A stretch of 63,525 bases of DNA, filler included, from Rhabdomonas costata (GCA_019059605.1; 33 parts of 33 records of this genome joined end to end with filler, not necessarily neighbours in it), one strand, 5' to 3'; shown: positions 12,275-24,296, counted from the first letter of the whole stretch. The notes: generated by a model not told the origin, from the letters alone. Numbers and translations: made by a program.

Positions 12275-13781
12275 CTAAGTACACCCCCACATCCCAACCT
12301 ATGTCAGCCTTACGTATTTTCATGTGCTGATCTTAAAAGTGAGGGTATTCTGGAGGCTGGGCTCAGAACTTACTCCGAAGAGACAAAAAATGAAAGGCAA
12401 AGCAACTTCGCGTTGTGTTCTGCAGTTAAGTGAGCAAAACCAAACCGTCGGCTCTGTCCACCTTGCGCGTAAATATCTGTGACGGAATCCAGCCGACGGA
12501 CAAATCGAGTAAAAAAGGCAAGCAAGGGCGGTACAGGGGTACAGGGGTTGGTTGGGGAAAGGCCCCATAACTGATTTAAAGAATGTGCCAGAGCATAACG
12601 GTGAGGAATTGCAATGAAACTCCATAGAGGAGAAAACTGTCTCGAACGCAATGATCGCAATCTTCACAAAAATCCGGTTATCAAGGGAAAACCCCCAAGC
12701 AGGTCAAAATCCGAGTCAAGCGGCAAAAAACAATTCCGCCCTTAGGCTTTGTTATTCCCTATCTTCCGCATCGAACATTCGGAAATGTCGTAAATATTTG
12801 CCCCATCTAGGAAGAAGCATTGACAGCCCATATGAACCCGTGCCCAGGAGAACAGTCTGTTTGTTGTCGTTTCTTGTGATGCCCGGCATGCCTGCCGGAA
12901 TGCGGGATAGTGTGAAGGTCTTTGGTATAAAACTCAAATCGTGCTTAGGACCGTGTTTCCCCGATCTTTCGCCGTATGAGTTCTTCTGTAGGACAACATT
13001 ATGTCTCAGGCTCCAAAGCCCCAGTTTCACACACAGTGGTGCACAACGCCTTGGAATGCTTCCCGCGTGGGTCAGAACTTGCAGCTGACAGAAGGGACGG
13101 TACTTGGAAATAGAAAGTAAAGAATGATGACGATTAAGGTTTCAGGCTGTTTCGGTCAGCATAGGTTTCCGGCTTCCCTCCCTCCTTCTTCAGCGTTCCT
13201 TCAGCTCTCCTCGAGACATGCTCATTTCTACACGAACGACCAAATTTTCGGGACACCAGACACTTTGCTGGTTTAGAAACCGAGAGAGCCGTGTTCTCAA
13301 CGATCGCTAACCCACGAACAACTCCACATCACCGAGCCGCACCTCAACTGAAGACATCACCAGGTTCTGCACACCACTGAGTGCATCCTGGCCCACCCCC
13401 CACCNNNNNNNNNNNNNNNNNNNNNNNNNNNNNNNNNNNNNNNNNNNNTTAATTAATTAANNNNNNNNNNNNNNNNNNNNNNNNNNNNNNNNNNNNNNNN
13501 NNNNGGGGGTTTTGTGCTTTTGAGAAAAAATGTGATAAAATGTCTTGTTCAATCCGAATTTCGGGATGTGATATGCATGCGTCCTTTTGAATTTGGAAAA
13601 TATTTTCAAACGACTTCCATGAACTTTTTGACCTTGTTTTCTTTCGGGGTGGGTGGTGGCAGAAGGAAAAGCTGAGGGAAAAAATTGAAAGGAAATAGTA
13701 AAATAACATTACAAAAACATTGTTTAAAGATTTGAAAAAAGAATTGCAAAATTGATGTGTTGGTGTGCATCTCTCCCCCAG

Positions 13782-15075
13782 TTCATCCCGGAGAAGGATG
13801 CGAAGCGGGTGATGTCGCAGGTCTTCGGATGTCTGAAGTACCTCAACGAGCAGCCCCAGCCCATCATCCACTACGACCTCAAGCCAGGTTCTCCCCACGT
13901 TCAGCACCAAAACACCCACTTCGCCACATCGCACCACAGGTGATCAGGCGCCAGCAAGTTATCATGCTATCTCACCATTCCGCGACACCTTGAGGTGTCA
14001 ATCAGTTAGGAGCCGAGTGGTGAAGCGGCCAGGAAGCGACAAACCCGCTTGGAGAAAGCCCCACAGAAAGGCAGTGCCTCGTGTGCTTATGTGTGTGCAT
14101 GTGCGCGTGCTGGACGAGTGCAGAAGGATGGGTGCGTTTGTCGCTGAGGTTTCCCAACGACCTCTGCACATCAGCAGAGGGAAAGGAGTGGTCGGTTTCC
14201 CCCCAACGCAGTGGTGGGGGAGGCGGGAACCGATCAGAAGTCCTCCTAAACGAGAACCACCAACCGAATTTGTCCCAGTATATAAGCAGTGTGTACTTTC
14301 GCGCTGGGCTGCATTTCGGGTATACAAACTCAAACCATTTAGGTAACATCTTACTGAGTCCTAGCATGGAGGTGAAGGTCACGGACTTTGGGCTGTCGAA
14401 GATCATCCCGGAGGAGGAGACCCACATCGACCTCACGTCGCAGGGCGCGGGGACGTACTGGTGCGCCCATGTCTGTGTGTGTTTATGTGTGTGGTCTGAG
14501 TCGTGTTGGGGACTTATGGTCCAGGGTTTGATTGCAGGGTGCGGTCTCCGTGCCTTGCCCATGGGTCGAGTCTGAGAGTGCGCATGCAGTCGCACCGATG
14601 AACGAAGCTGCGACATACCATCGACATAGCATCCCACGCAACCAAATGATTCCTCACATCACCCCGCACACCAAACATACGCCCACACCACCCGTCAATG
14701 TACCACCACCATCATCACTTTCACACTCACTACCAAACCGCAAAGCACTACATATACCACCCACCTGCCTTTTGGCTCCTTTATTTGATATCCGATAAAT
14801 ACACCCTGCTTCACGATGATTGGGGTTCATGCCGGTTGGCTGCCTCTGAATTAATTCTTGACTCCTTTGAAGCCCAACGTCACGTGTGACTTTGCTCTCT
14901 GCTCAGCCGCTCCCTCAAAACGGAGTGCTTACCGCATCCTCTGGCCACTGCCCCACCGGTTTCTTTTTTCGCTGCCTATTGCACGTGGCTTTTGCTTTGA
15001 ACAGTGCACACGTGCCTCAGGTACCTGCCTCCGGAGTGCTTTCAGACGGGAAGCGTGCCCAAGATCTCTGCGAAG
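13782..15075 (+). CDS. TLK: Tousled-like kinase, partial (3 exons)
   Basis: Exons 13782-13887, 14343-14460 and 15021-15075 splice in frame to FIPEKDAKRVMSQVFGCLKYLNEQPQPIIHYDLKPG|NILL...VTDFGLSKII...DLTSQGAGTYW|YLPPECFQTGSVPKISAK. IIHYDLKP and GAGTYWYLPPECF are characteristic of TLKs. Confidence 0.93.
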
Positions 15076-15168
15076 GTGCTTTCCATCACCCCACCCTCAG
15101 CTCACTTAGCACACACGTGCAGTTGTATTTTGGAGGAACGGGGTCGTCAAACGTTTGTCTTAGTTGAA

Positions 15169-15330
15169 CTGGGATTTGAAGGAAGAGCTCAAAAAGTCTA
15201 GAAGCGTGCTTATAGTTGAATGTAAAAATATATATATTAGTAGCGTAGTGATCTGGTAGCTTGGGCCTTGCGAGGCGGGGCAGCACCCTTCGCTTTTTGT
15301 TCCTTTTTGAGCTCTTCCTTCAAACCCCAC
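15169..15330. repeat. Spaced inverted repeat (about 25-bp arms, about 105-nt spacer), MITE-like, in a TLK intron
   Basis: TGGGATTTGAAGGAAGAGCTCAAAAAG at about 15170 and CTTTTTGAGCTCTTCCTTCAAACCCCA at about 15303. Confidence 0.8.
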
Positions 15331-16061
15331 NNNNNNNNNNNNNNNNNNNNNNNNNNNNNNNNNNNNNNNNNNNNTTAATTAATTAANNNNNNNNNNNNNN
15401 NNNNNNNNNNNNNNNNNNNNNNNNNNNNNNGTTGTTTTCTTTATCTCGCACTCCAGCTGTCGCTTCTTCTCATATCCTCAAGAGTCTCCCCAGCAACATT
15501 AAACAATGTAGTGCTACCTACAATTACCCGGCATATTAGGGGCATAATAGGAGGCAGGAAGTGGCGCTCGAAGACGGTGCGAAAAAACGAAAAAACCCAA
15601 CGACATCCCTCACTACATTCGAGTAGGGCGCAAGAAAGGTTCGTGAATCCCCTGGAGAGCATCTAGGTCTCGTCTCTTCAGGGCTAGATGGCGATAAACG
15701 GGAGCCGCGACACAGGCGTGTGCGGTCTGATTCGGTGGACTGTCCCGGTATGACGCGTCACTCTTGCAAACCTCCCTTCCGTTCTCTTGTGAATTTCCAG
15801 CATTGCATCGTATCGGAAATAAAGTGAAGCGACGCGCCTACTGGTTGCGATAAAAAAGGCAGATAAGCTCGTGATGAATTGGGCCCAAATTCATTGGCCA
15901 CCAGGGGCCCCAATTCAAATTCAGGCACTCAACAACTGGTAGGCATCTTGACCGTCCATAAAATGGCAGCTCGTAAGACAAGATGCCTCACCCAACCGAG
16001 AGACGTATCTCAGTGTCATCCACAGAAAACGTCCAAAGCCCTCGCACCACCTCCAGCCTAC

Positions 16062-16301
16062 CAATCTCTTTGGGTGAGGCCACACCAAACCCTGTGGAGG
16101 GTATCCCCAGGGCGATCACCCAGTGCTCCCCCACTGCAAGGGTGGGCGTCCGCTCAAAGGTGACCAAGGACCGCCGGGGTGCCCCTGGCGGGCCCTGGGG
16201 AGGGCGAAGGAAGCCCAGCACAGCCAGCGCCCCTGCGTACGGACCATCGTTGCGCACCTTAACGTGCACCACGACCTGCACCTCGGCAAGGTGGGGGCGG
16301 C
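16062..16301 (-). CDS. Exon encoding the C-terminal fibronectin-III-like domain of a GH3 beta-glucosidase/xylosidase
   Basis: VVVHVKVRNDGPYAGALAVLGFLRPPQGPPGAPRRSLVTFERTPTLAVGEHWVIALGI matches the V-x-V-x-N-x-G...P-x-R-x-L-x-x-F-x-R...L-x-x-GE pattern of GH3 Fn3-like domains. Borders are AAG and GTAGGC. Confidence 0.75.
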
Positions 16302-19288
16302 CTTGATGCCTCTGGAGTTGGGTGGTGGAACAGAAGAGATGGTGGCGCGCAGGAGCAACAGTACGCAATCTGTGCTTGTGAAAACATTAGCAGGAAAGTC
16401 TGCAGACATGGGATGAACTCAACTCAAATCATGCATCGCTGTGGACACTTTTGTTTGGCGATCTGACAACCAAGACCGTGACCATTCAAACAAAACAAAC
16501 CTAAAACCAATTTCTCCCGGAAAAACTCCTGCTATCCCGAATTTCGGCCCAAACAGTTGAAACGTGGCTGAAAGCAAAATATGGATACTATAGCGGGCTA
16601 TGGCGTCTTCGTCACCCCACCCCCCGCTATTTGCTTTTGTGTACCGGCGCTATTCACACGGTGAGTAGCGTTCGCTACTCGTGAATTGCGTTCGCTACTC
16701 AACCATGCAAACAACACTGGTTCAAATCACCTCATACCAACTCATAGAACCCTTTCGTGGGCGAAACATCGCTCAAATGAGAACAACTTGACAAACGTGC
16801 ATGAGAAATATATCCAGCACTGGCGTAAAACGCTTCCATGCGATCGCGGAACCCCTAGGACTGATTATTTTCGGAAAGGCCAGCGCCGCCCCAGCGCGGC
16901 CTAGGCCGAACACCTGAGCGCCATACATGTACCCCTGGAATTGCAACAGAAAGCCAGCACGGGGTTAGGACGCGCTGCACGTACCAGATGTACCTAATGC
17001 TACGTGAAACGCTTCACGCTTTGTGATCATGGAATCCCGCTGCGTACCGTTAGGTCCGATCGGAAGTTTTTGCATAGCGAACACTATTCACGGCTGATCA
17101 TCGAAAGCTTATCATGAAGCGGGCGCAGACCTTATTGCGATTTTCTGGAACGCCAACAAGCTAGGCAGACGATGTTTCTGGTGGGCACATTGCCAAAGAG
17201 AAGGAGATGTCGCCGTCGTTTGCCACCCAGTGGACATTTCTCGCCAAAAAAAAAACACANNNNNNNNNNNNNNNNNNNNNNNNNNNNNNNNNNNNNNNNN
17301 NNNTTAATTAATTAANNNNNNNNNNNNNNNNNNNNNNNNNNNNNNNNNNNNNNNNNNNNTGTTGGTTTGACAAAAGTTCAGAAGTGAGGCAGCCTTTACG
17401 AAAAGGTAATCAAAGGCAATTCCACTGAACATGGTAATTACAAACAGAGCATTCAATTTGAAAACTCAACGTTGCAGCAGTAAAACGTAAAGATAGTGCC
17501 CTCACAGCAGGAAGGCGGGCATTAATAGCACAAACCAACGGAGTCTATCCGTTGACACCTTGATGTGGTTGTGGTAACTTGTACATACTATCATCTATTT
17601 TCATAATGTAATTCATTACTGTGCAGCATGTGGTGAATTCCGGAACACGGATGCAACTAAAAAACCGAAAGCAGTTTTTGCATAGCCCATATATTGATAA
17701 AAGCGACCATATTAAGTGTGTTAATTGTGATTTATTTACACATTTACGAAAATATGTCAGTCGGTCTGTTGCATTTTTTCATTTCATGACAGAAAAATGC
17801 AGATGAAAGAGATGGAAGGGAAGGAAGAACTTTTGATTGCTGTTATAGTGTTTACAAAATTCACTAGTTAGCAGCTTCCTTTTTTACTCTTTGAGAATAC
17901 CTCGCCTCGCACATTGAAGCTGAGTTTTATTTAATGTTTTAAATTGTGTTTTTCTTGATAATTTCTCTGATATAATTGAACAAATGAAACACTTTGATTA
18001 TACTTGTTTGTTTTTACGCTTTTTGTTTGTAATATGTGAGAAATTTTATCTTTCATTGACTAAGTTTAATTTCATAAGTAGGCTAGGTGCAAATCAGTAT
18101 GTTGCGAGTTTTCAGTTGAAGATCTTGAGGGGAATGAAATGCAGTTCAGCCTGCCACTAAATGTTTGAACCTTTCTAATTATACTACTCCTCTCCTAGAT
18201 CACGTTGTAACACGTTATAAACACTATGATGCTACATTGTTACAGAGTTGTAATGGTGGTCAAACTTTTTGTTGATGGTGGACAACATCTGGAGCGAACA
18301 AAAGCAACTATTAATACACGCACTGACGTTGTAAATCGTTTTAAATGTTTTTGGTAGTAGAATTTTAAAGTAAATGAAAGCCAAGTGTTTACACCACTTT
18401 GCACTAGCATTACAAACAGCAAACAGGAAACATTTTGCAAACACTTGGCCACTTGGTGTTTCCAGCGCAACAATCATAGCAACCAATGGTTCCGAGAGCC
18501 TGAAGTCGCGCAGAATGGTCCCAAAACTAAACGAATTGGTTACTGTTTTCATAATTGATTGTTCTTATAAATGTATCGCTGTGTCTTGTCATGCCTTGCC
18601 CCAAACAGCCAGCTACAAGCGCTGACCCTGACACTCACATCTAGGCGTGGTTATTTTATAAAAATCCGCACTGGGAGTTTTCACCGCTTGTTCCTGGTGT
18701 TGTTAAAATCCAAATGTTAGAAATAGGCAACACTTCAAGGAGAAGTCTATCTCCCCAAAATCCTCAATCATCCCTGGGCCGAGAACTACCCGAGACGATG
18801 ACAACCCGAGACAACTTATCACAATTTTTGATCTGGTTGATATATCGAAGCCTTTATCCGGGTCCCAGATCTTCCGCAATCCGGCCGACAAAACCGAAGT
18901 GTTGACCTTTGTTCACAAGGAACAGCACAAAAAACCGCCCATGCGGGAAAACGGCCCGGGGGCGGGGCTAAAAATGCAATGGCTTTTCCAAACTTGCTAC
19001 CACAGCTTCTGGGGGCGTATCTCGACATAAATTCTTTGATAAACAAAGGAGCATGCAGTAAAAGAAAAGGCCGCGTGGGGGGAAGGTCGAACTCTTCCAA
19101 GAGTAAAGCAGCAAAGTCACAAACCACAAAAAGCAACACGCAGGAGCATAAGCACATCCAATATCATTGGAGCATTTGCCCCCCAAAANNNNNNNNNNNN
19201 NNNNNNNNNNNNNNNNNNNNNNNNNNNNNNNNTTAATTAATTAANNNNNNNNNNNNNNNNNNNNNNNNNNNNNNNNNNNNNNNNNNNN

Positions 19289-21117
19289 TGTGTTTTGTCG
19301 TGAATGACTTTGCGGACTTTATAGGGGCCTTCCCAGTTCGGGCCTAGGACGCCGGCGCCTTGAACTTGTGTATTCTGGAAAACTCGTCTGAGTACAAGGC
19401 TTCCGACGGCAAAGGTTCGCCTTTTGATCTTGGAGTTGTAGTATCTTTCGACCTTGCGCTTCTGTGCGGCGAGGCGTCGGAATGCATCTGCCTCTTTTCG
19501 TCGATCAAATCCAACTCCAGGCGCATGGCCTCGTCGTTGTTTGCTTCGTCGAACGTATCGACTCGGAACATGGGTATCTCGGTTTCGATCGGAGCCACGG
19601 CCTCGACCCCATACGCAAGGGAGAATGGCGTCTCGCCGGTGGCGTTTCGCGCGGTTGTCCTATATGCCCATAGGACGAATGGTAATTCATCGGCCCAGGC
19701 GCCTTTCTTGTCTTCGAGCTTCTTTTTCAGGTTGCTCTTGATAGTCTTGTTGACTGCCTCGACTTGGCCGTTGGCCTGAGGATGACGCGGCGAGGAGAAG
19801 GTCTTGCTGATCTTCAGTTGATCGCAGATATCTCTTACTCGCGCGTTGTCAAATTGTGCTCCGTTGTCGGTCACAATCGAGGCGGGGATACCGTGCCTGC
19901 ATATGATGTTCTTCCAGATGAAGTTTGTCGTGTTTGCTTCAGTTATTCTGGCAAGCGGCTCGGCCTCTACCCACTTAGTGAAGTAGTCGATGGCGATAAT
20001 GGCGTACTCGTATTGCCTTGGCGCTCTAGGGAGCTTGCCAATGATGTCCACGCCCCACTTAGCAAAGGGACGTGGGACAATGATGCTGCTTAATGGGGTC
20101 GGGGGCTGTCGCGGAATTTCCGCGAAGCGCTGGCATTTATCGCAACGCCTTGCCCATTCGCAAGCATCTCGTTTCATGGTGGGCCAGAAATAGCCTTGCT
20201 TAAGCGCTTTGAGCGCAAGGGAAGTTTCAGCGGCGTGGTTTCCGCAGATGCCCTCATGGATTTCGCGGAGGACCTTGGTCGACTCAACGCTATCGAGGCA
20301 TCGGAGCAGCGGTGTCGAGTAACCGCGCTTATAGAGCGTGCCCTCACGGAGCGTGTATTTGGATGCTAAGGCCCTCAGTTTATCGGCTTCCTTGCGGTCT
20401 TCGGGGAGTTCCCCTCTTCGCAAAAACTCGACAATTGAGTCCATCCAAGTGGGCTGAGATGCCACCTCTATGGTCCCGACTTCGTCTCGGGAGACGGACG
20501 GCCGTGGGAGAAATTCAATGGGTACGGTCCCCAATCCGTCTTCGTCGATGCCAGATCCGAGGCGAGCAAGCGCGTCAGCCTCCGAATTTTGTTCTCTTGG
20601 GATTTGGTGAATCTCGAACCAAGAGAAGGCATCGAGTTTGGAGTTTGTCTTAGCCAGGTACGCGACCATGTTAGGTTCTTTGGCGGTGTAATCTCCTTTT
20701 ACCTGGTTTACGATCAACTGCGAGTCGCAGTGTATTCGCAGGTTACGGGAGCCGAGCTTCTGTGCCAGCTCTATCCCTACAATGAGCGCCTCGTATTCAG
20801 CTTCATTGTTGGAGGCTTGGAAGCCGTAGTGAAGGGCGTATCGCAGCTTTTCCCCATCGGGGTTAATCAGGATTATTCCGGCGCCAGCCCCCCGAGCATT
20901 AGATGCTCCGTCTACGTATAACTCCCAGATGGGACCCGTTGGGTCTACCTTCCTTTTCCGAGTTAGCGTATCGTCGCTAAGGTCGGCTTCCGCTCTTCCC
21001 ATATCGGGAGCGTAGGAGAATTCTGCCACGAAGTCGGCTAAGGCCTGCCCCTTTATAGCCGTTCTTGGGTGGAACCCAACCCCGTACTCGCTCAATTCTT
21101 GGGACCAGATCGCCATG
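19289..21117 (-). mobile_element. Ty3/Gypsy LTR retrotransposon pol fragment, Tat-type (end of RNase H, archaeal-type RNase H, integrase), frameshifted near the C-terminus
   Basis: ORF 21116-19344: ELSEY..PRTAIKGQALADF, then WELYVDGASN..GAG..SNNEAEYEAL..DSQL..NSEADALA (aRH), then HEGICGNH..CDKC (Zn finger), then DIIG/DNG/QVEAVN (DDE). The GPY tail (RYYNSKIK..LGPNWEGPYKV) lies in another frame after about 19491. Confidence 0.96.
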
Positions 21118-22125
21118 NNNNNNNNNNNNNNNNNNNNNNNNNNNNNNNNNNNNNNNNNNNNTTAATTAATTAANNNNNNNNNNNNNNNNNNNNNNNNNNN
21201 NNNNNNNNNNNNNNNNNGGTTGGTTTGGATTATGCTCAATAGCTTTGGTGGGTAGCTTACGGATGTGTTGGTCGACGCGCTTTGCTGACATTCGTAGGGG
21301 AGTCCGCGGCGCTGCCGAAGCGGGTGGCTAAAGGGTGAACATTGGCTGGTGGTGAAGAATCGGGTCTTGGATGACGACTCACGACACACGCGATGCATGT
21401 TTAGGAGGGGCCAGGATTGATGCAACCTGCCAGACTATTTTCTGACTTTCCTGTTTTTATATCGTGCAGTGTCCGTATATTGTATAGCGTTGCTATACCG
21501 AAAGACGCCATGTTACCTCATAAACTCGTTATCCCGTCTAACACCGTTCTTGCGTGTAACAAATGGGAACCGGCTGGAGCCCGACGCTGTCCCAGAGTAG
21601 CCCCAATGTGGTTGCGCAGCCCACAGTGCGCCGCGATTGATTGGATTATCTACAATGACGTTTGCTTGATGTGGAGGTGCATGCTCAAGCCCACCTTCCT
21701 ACGCACGGCGCCCACTGTTACGAGAGCAACCCCACTATTGGAGACATCGAATATAAACACAGCCCGACAGGTGACAGAAACGCGTGTTCGTGTTTAAAGA
21801 CCATCGCAGACCAGACATAAATGGTCGTCTAAACTCTATTCAGTTGTTCCTACGCACAACGCCCTCAAAGAGGTAAAGGGTTGGTGTGCTGGCGCATGCA
21901 CAAAACGACCGCTACCCGCCCGTAAAAAGGTGTGGTCACAATTTAATGCCCCCAACCATGCCAAGGTTAGGATAGAAGTGGGGATGGGATATTTAGTAGG
22001 ACTTTAAGCTTGCATGAGGTTCACCGTTCGAACCGTAGTACGCCTTCCTAGCACCCGACAATCGCGCTGCTTCCTTTCTATTCATCAACAGAAGTGCTTT
22101 CTTTTGCTGTGGTGTCATCACCCAG

Positions 22126-22830
22126 GGCCACACCCACCCTCCCTTTTGCGGGTCGGCTGACGGACAATGCCGAGGAGATCCCCGGGACGGTCCCCATCCT
22201 CTACCTGAACGACGCCCCCGACCTCTCCCTCTTCGAGTGCATTGCGTACGCTGAGGCGTGCGACCCCGTGTTCCGGCAGATGGAGCTGACAGCCAATGTG
22301 CTAGCGGCGCTGGACTTTGCGGAGCAGATTCTGCTCACGGACCCAGTGCTGCGCTCGGCGGACGACATCGCGGCGATCAACCTGTACGCTCAGCAAAGTC
22401 TGTTCTATGCCGAGCTCAACCGCCGCCTGCGGAACAGGGACCGCGGGCTGCTGAGGCCGCTGTTCCCGTACCTGAAGCGGCTGATCCTTGCGCTGTTCAA
22501 GCTACCCAAGTATCGTGGGATGGTGTACCGCGGGGTGAAGGCCGATATTCACGCGCAGTATCGGGTGGGTACTCAGAAGATCTGGTGGTCCATCACCAGC
22601 ACCACGACCAACGTGGAGATGCTGAGCAACCCGATGTTCCTGGGCACGACGGGGCAGCGGACGATGTTCCACATGGAAGTGCAGAACGGGGTGGACATCT
22701 CGAGGTACTCGGGGCATCCGGAGTCGGAGGTGGTGCTGGTGCCGGGCACTCGGCTTAAGGTGAAGGGCGTGCTGAACATGGGCCATGGGGCGCACATTGT
22801 GCAGATGGAAGAGCAGCCCGGCGTGGTGAT
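22126..22830 (+). CDS. Mono-ADP-ribosyltransferase domain (R-S-E / ARTC class, probably NAD:arginine ART)
   Basis: AINLYA..FYAELNRRLR..LFKLP..VYRGV (R), WWSITSTT (S-T-T) and PESEVVLVPGT (E-x-E). It is a single long GC-rich exon after a CAG acceptor at 22123-22125. The 3' boundary is approximate. Confidence 0.9.
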
Positions 22831-22960
22831 CATTTCTCCTCCTTCCTCTCGTCCCACGGTGTGGACTCCTCCATCTTTCGTACTCTTGTGGGCTGACACG
22901 GAGTCCGCCCAATTTACTGGAGTAGTCAATTACAGGAACTGGCTTGCAGTCTGGTTTGCA

Positions 22961-23041
22961 TGGCATTTCTTGTTCTTTTGTGTGAACACCTTCACCAGTC
23001 TGACTGGTGAAGGTGTTCACACAAAAGAACAAGAAATGCCA
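22961..23041. repeat. Perfect palindrome (40-bp arms, 1-nt centre) at contig end
   Basis: TGGCATTTCTTGTTCTTTTGTGTGAACACCTTCACCAGTC-T-GACTGGTGAAGGTGTTCACACAAAAGAACAAGAAATGCCA. Confidence 0.97.
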
Positions 23042-24218
23042 AAACNNNNNNNNNNNNNNNNNNNNNNNNNNNNNNNNNNNNNNNNNNNNTTAATTAATTA
23101 ANNNNNNNNNNNNNNNNNNNNNNNNNNNNNNNNNNNNNNNNNNNNGTTGGGGTGGTATGGGGATAGAGTCGTCGGAGGGTGCCGAGGGAATGTCGGAGCT
23201 AGCGAAGGCCCGAGGACCACGTGCGGGCCCGGAAGTGCGGCGGAGTGCTGCTGGCCGGGGCTGCCGGTCAACCGTACCCCTCTCGTCCTCCTCCTCACTG
23301 CTGTAAATTGTGTTCTGAAAGGCGGCTTCCAAAGCAGAAGGCGGAGGTAGGTGAAACTGAAGGACCTGCGGAAAAGAAGGGAAGGACACCGCGGACATCG
23401 TCGGATCGTGCACGTAAGAAACAGCGTTCCAACTTTGCAGGTTGTGCGCCTGTTGAACAAAAAAATCCAGTATGAAGGGCAAACAGAAACGCTGGGTACA
23501 AGCAAATGGGAGAGTGGGAGGTACGTCTGTGTGCATCAGAGTGCGTTGTAAGAAAGCCAAAAATGCACGCTGACTTGGTGTGAAACCACCATTAAAATTA
23601 GAAGGTCCGCTTCGCAGCATTGTGGGGGACGGTGGGAATGAGGCACTACAGACAAGGACAAAAAATTAACCGATTCTTTTAAGTTCTCATTCGAAGCTTT
23701 CTTTCCCCTTCTCTCGCTTTTAGGTCAAATTGGACCTGACCTGGGGCTCTTGCACTGGTGAGGGTGGTGGCGGTGCTCTCACCGGGGACCACCCCGACTC
23801 TGGGGAGTCAAAGCCCAACAGCGAGGGCTCAAGCAGCACCCCACCTTGAAGAGCCTGCGAGAATGCACGCTTTTCCGCTGTTGCAGGAGTCCCGAAACGC
23901 GAGGTGTCACCCACGGCTCGGCCATTGGTGGCAAACATTTGCCGCATCTCTCTCCTCACTTTCGAATCCAACTCAGAAAGCACAAAGGGACATCCGGAGC
24001 ATTTCAGCCTGTGTGCCGCAAAACTCCCCACCACCACCACCACCACCTTTTGCTGTGAGAGGTTCGGCATGGGGGTACCATTTGCTTGCTTTGCTTTGCT
24101 TTGCTTGCTTCACATGAGAATCAGGGTTGAACCGCTCAAATTTCAATGTGGGGGGGTGCTCAGTGTTTATTCAATGTCAACAGTTCAAAGTTCAATATGA
24201 CCAAATCAAGGTAGGGCA

Positions 24219-24296
24219 GTTCAATGTTCAATGTTCAATGTTCAATGTTCAATGTTCAATGTTCAATGCAATCTGCAATGCAATGCAACGCAATGC
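24219..24296 (+). repeat. (GTTCAAT)7 heptamer array followed by (GCAAT)n
   Basis: Read directly from the sequence. A further (GCAAT)n run lies at about 24796-24817. Confidence 0.95.

Noticed and set aside
19289..23045. ART gene carried by, or linked to, the retrotransposon
   Set aside because: The two are on separate contigs divided by an artificial linker.
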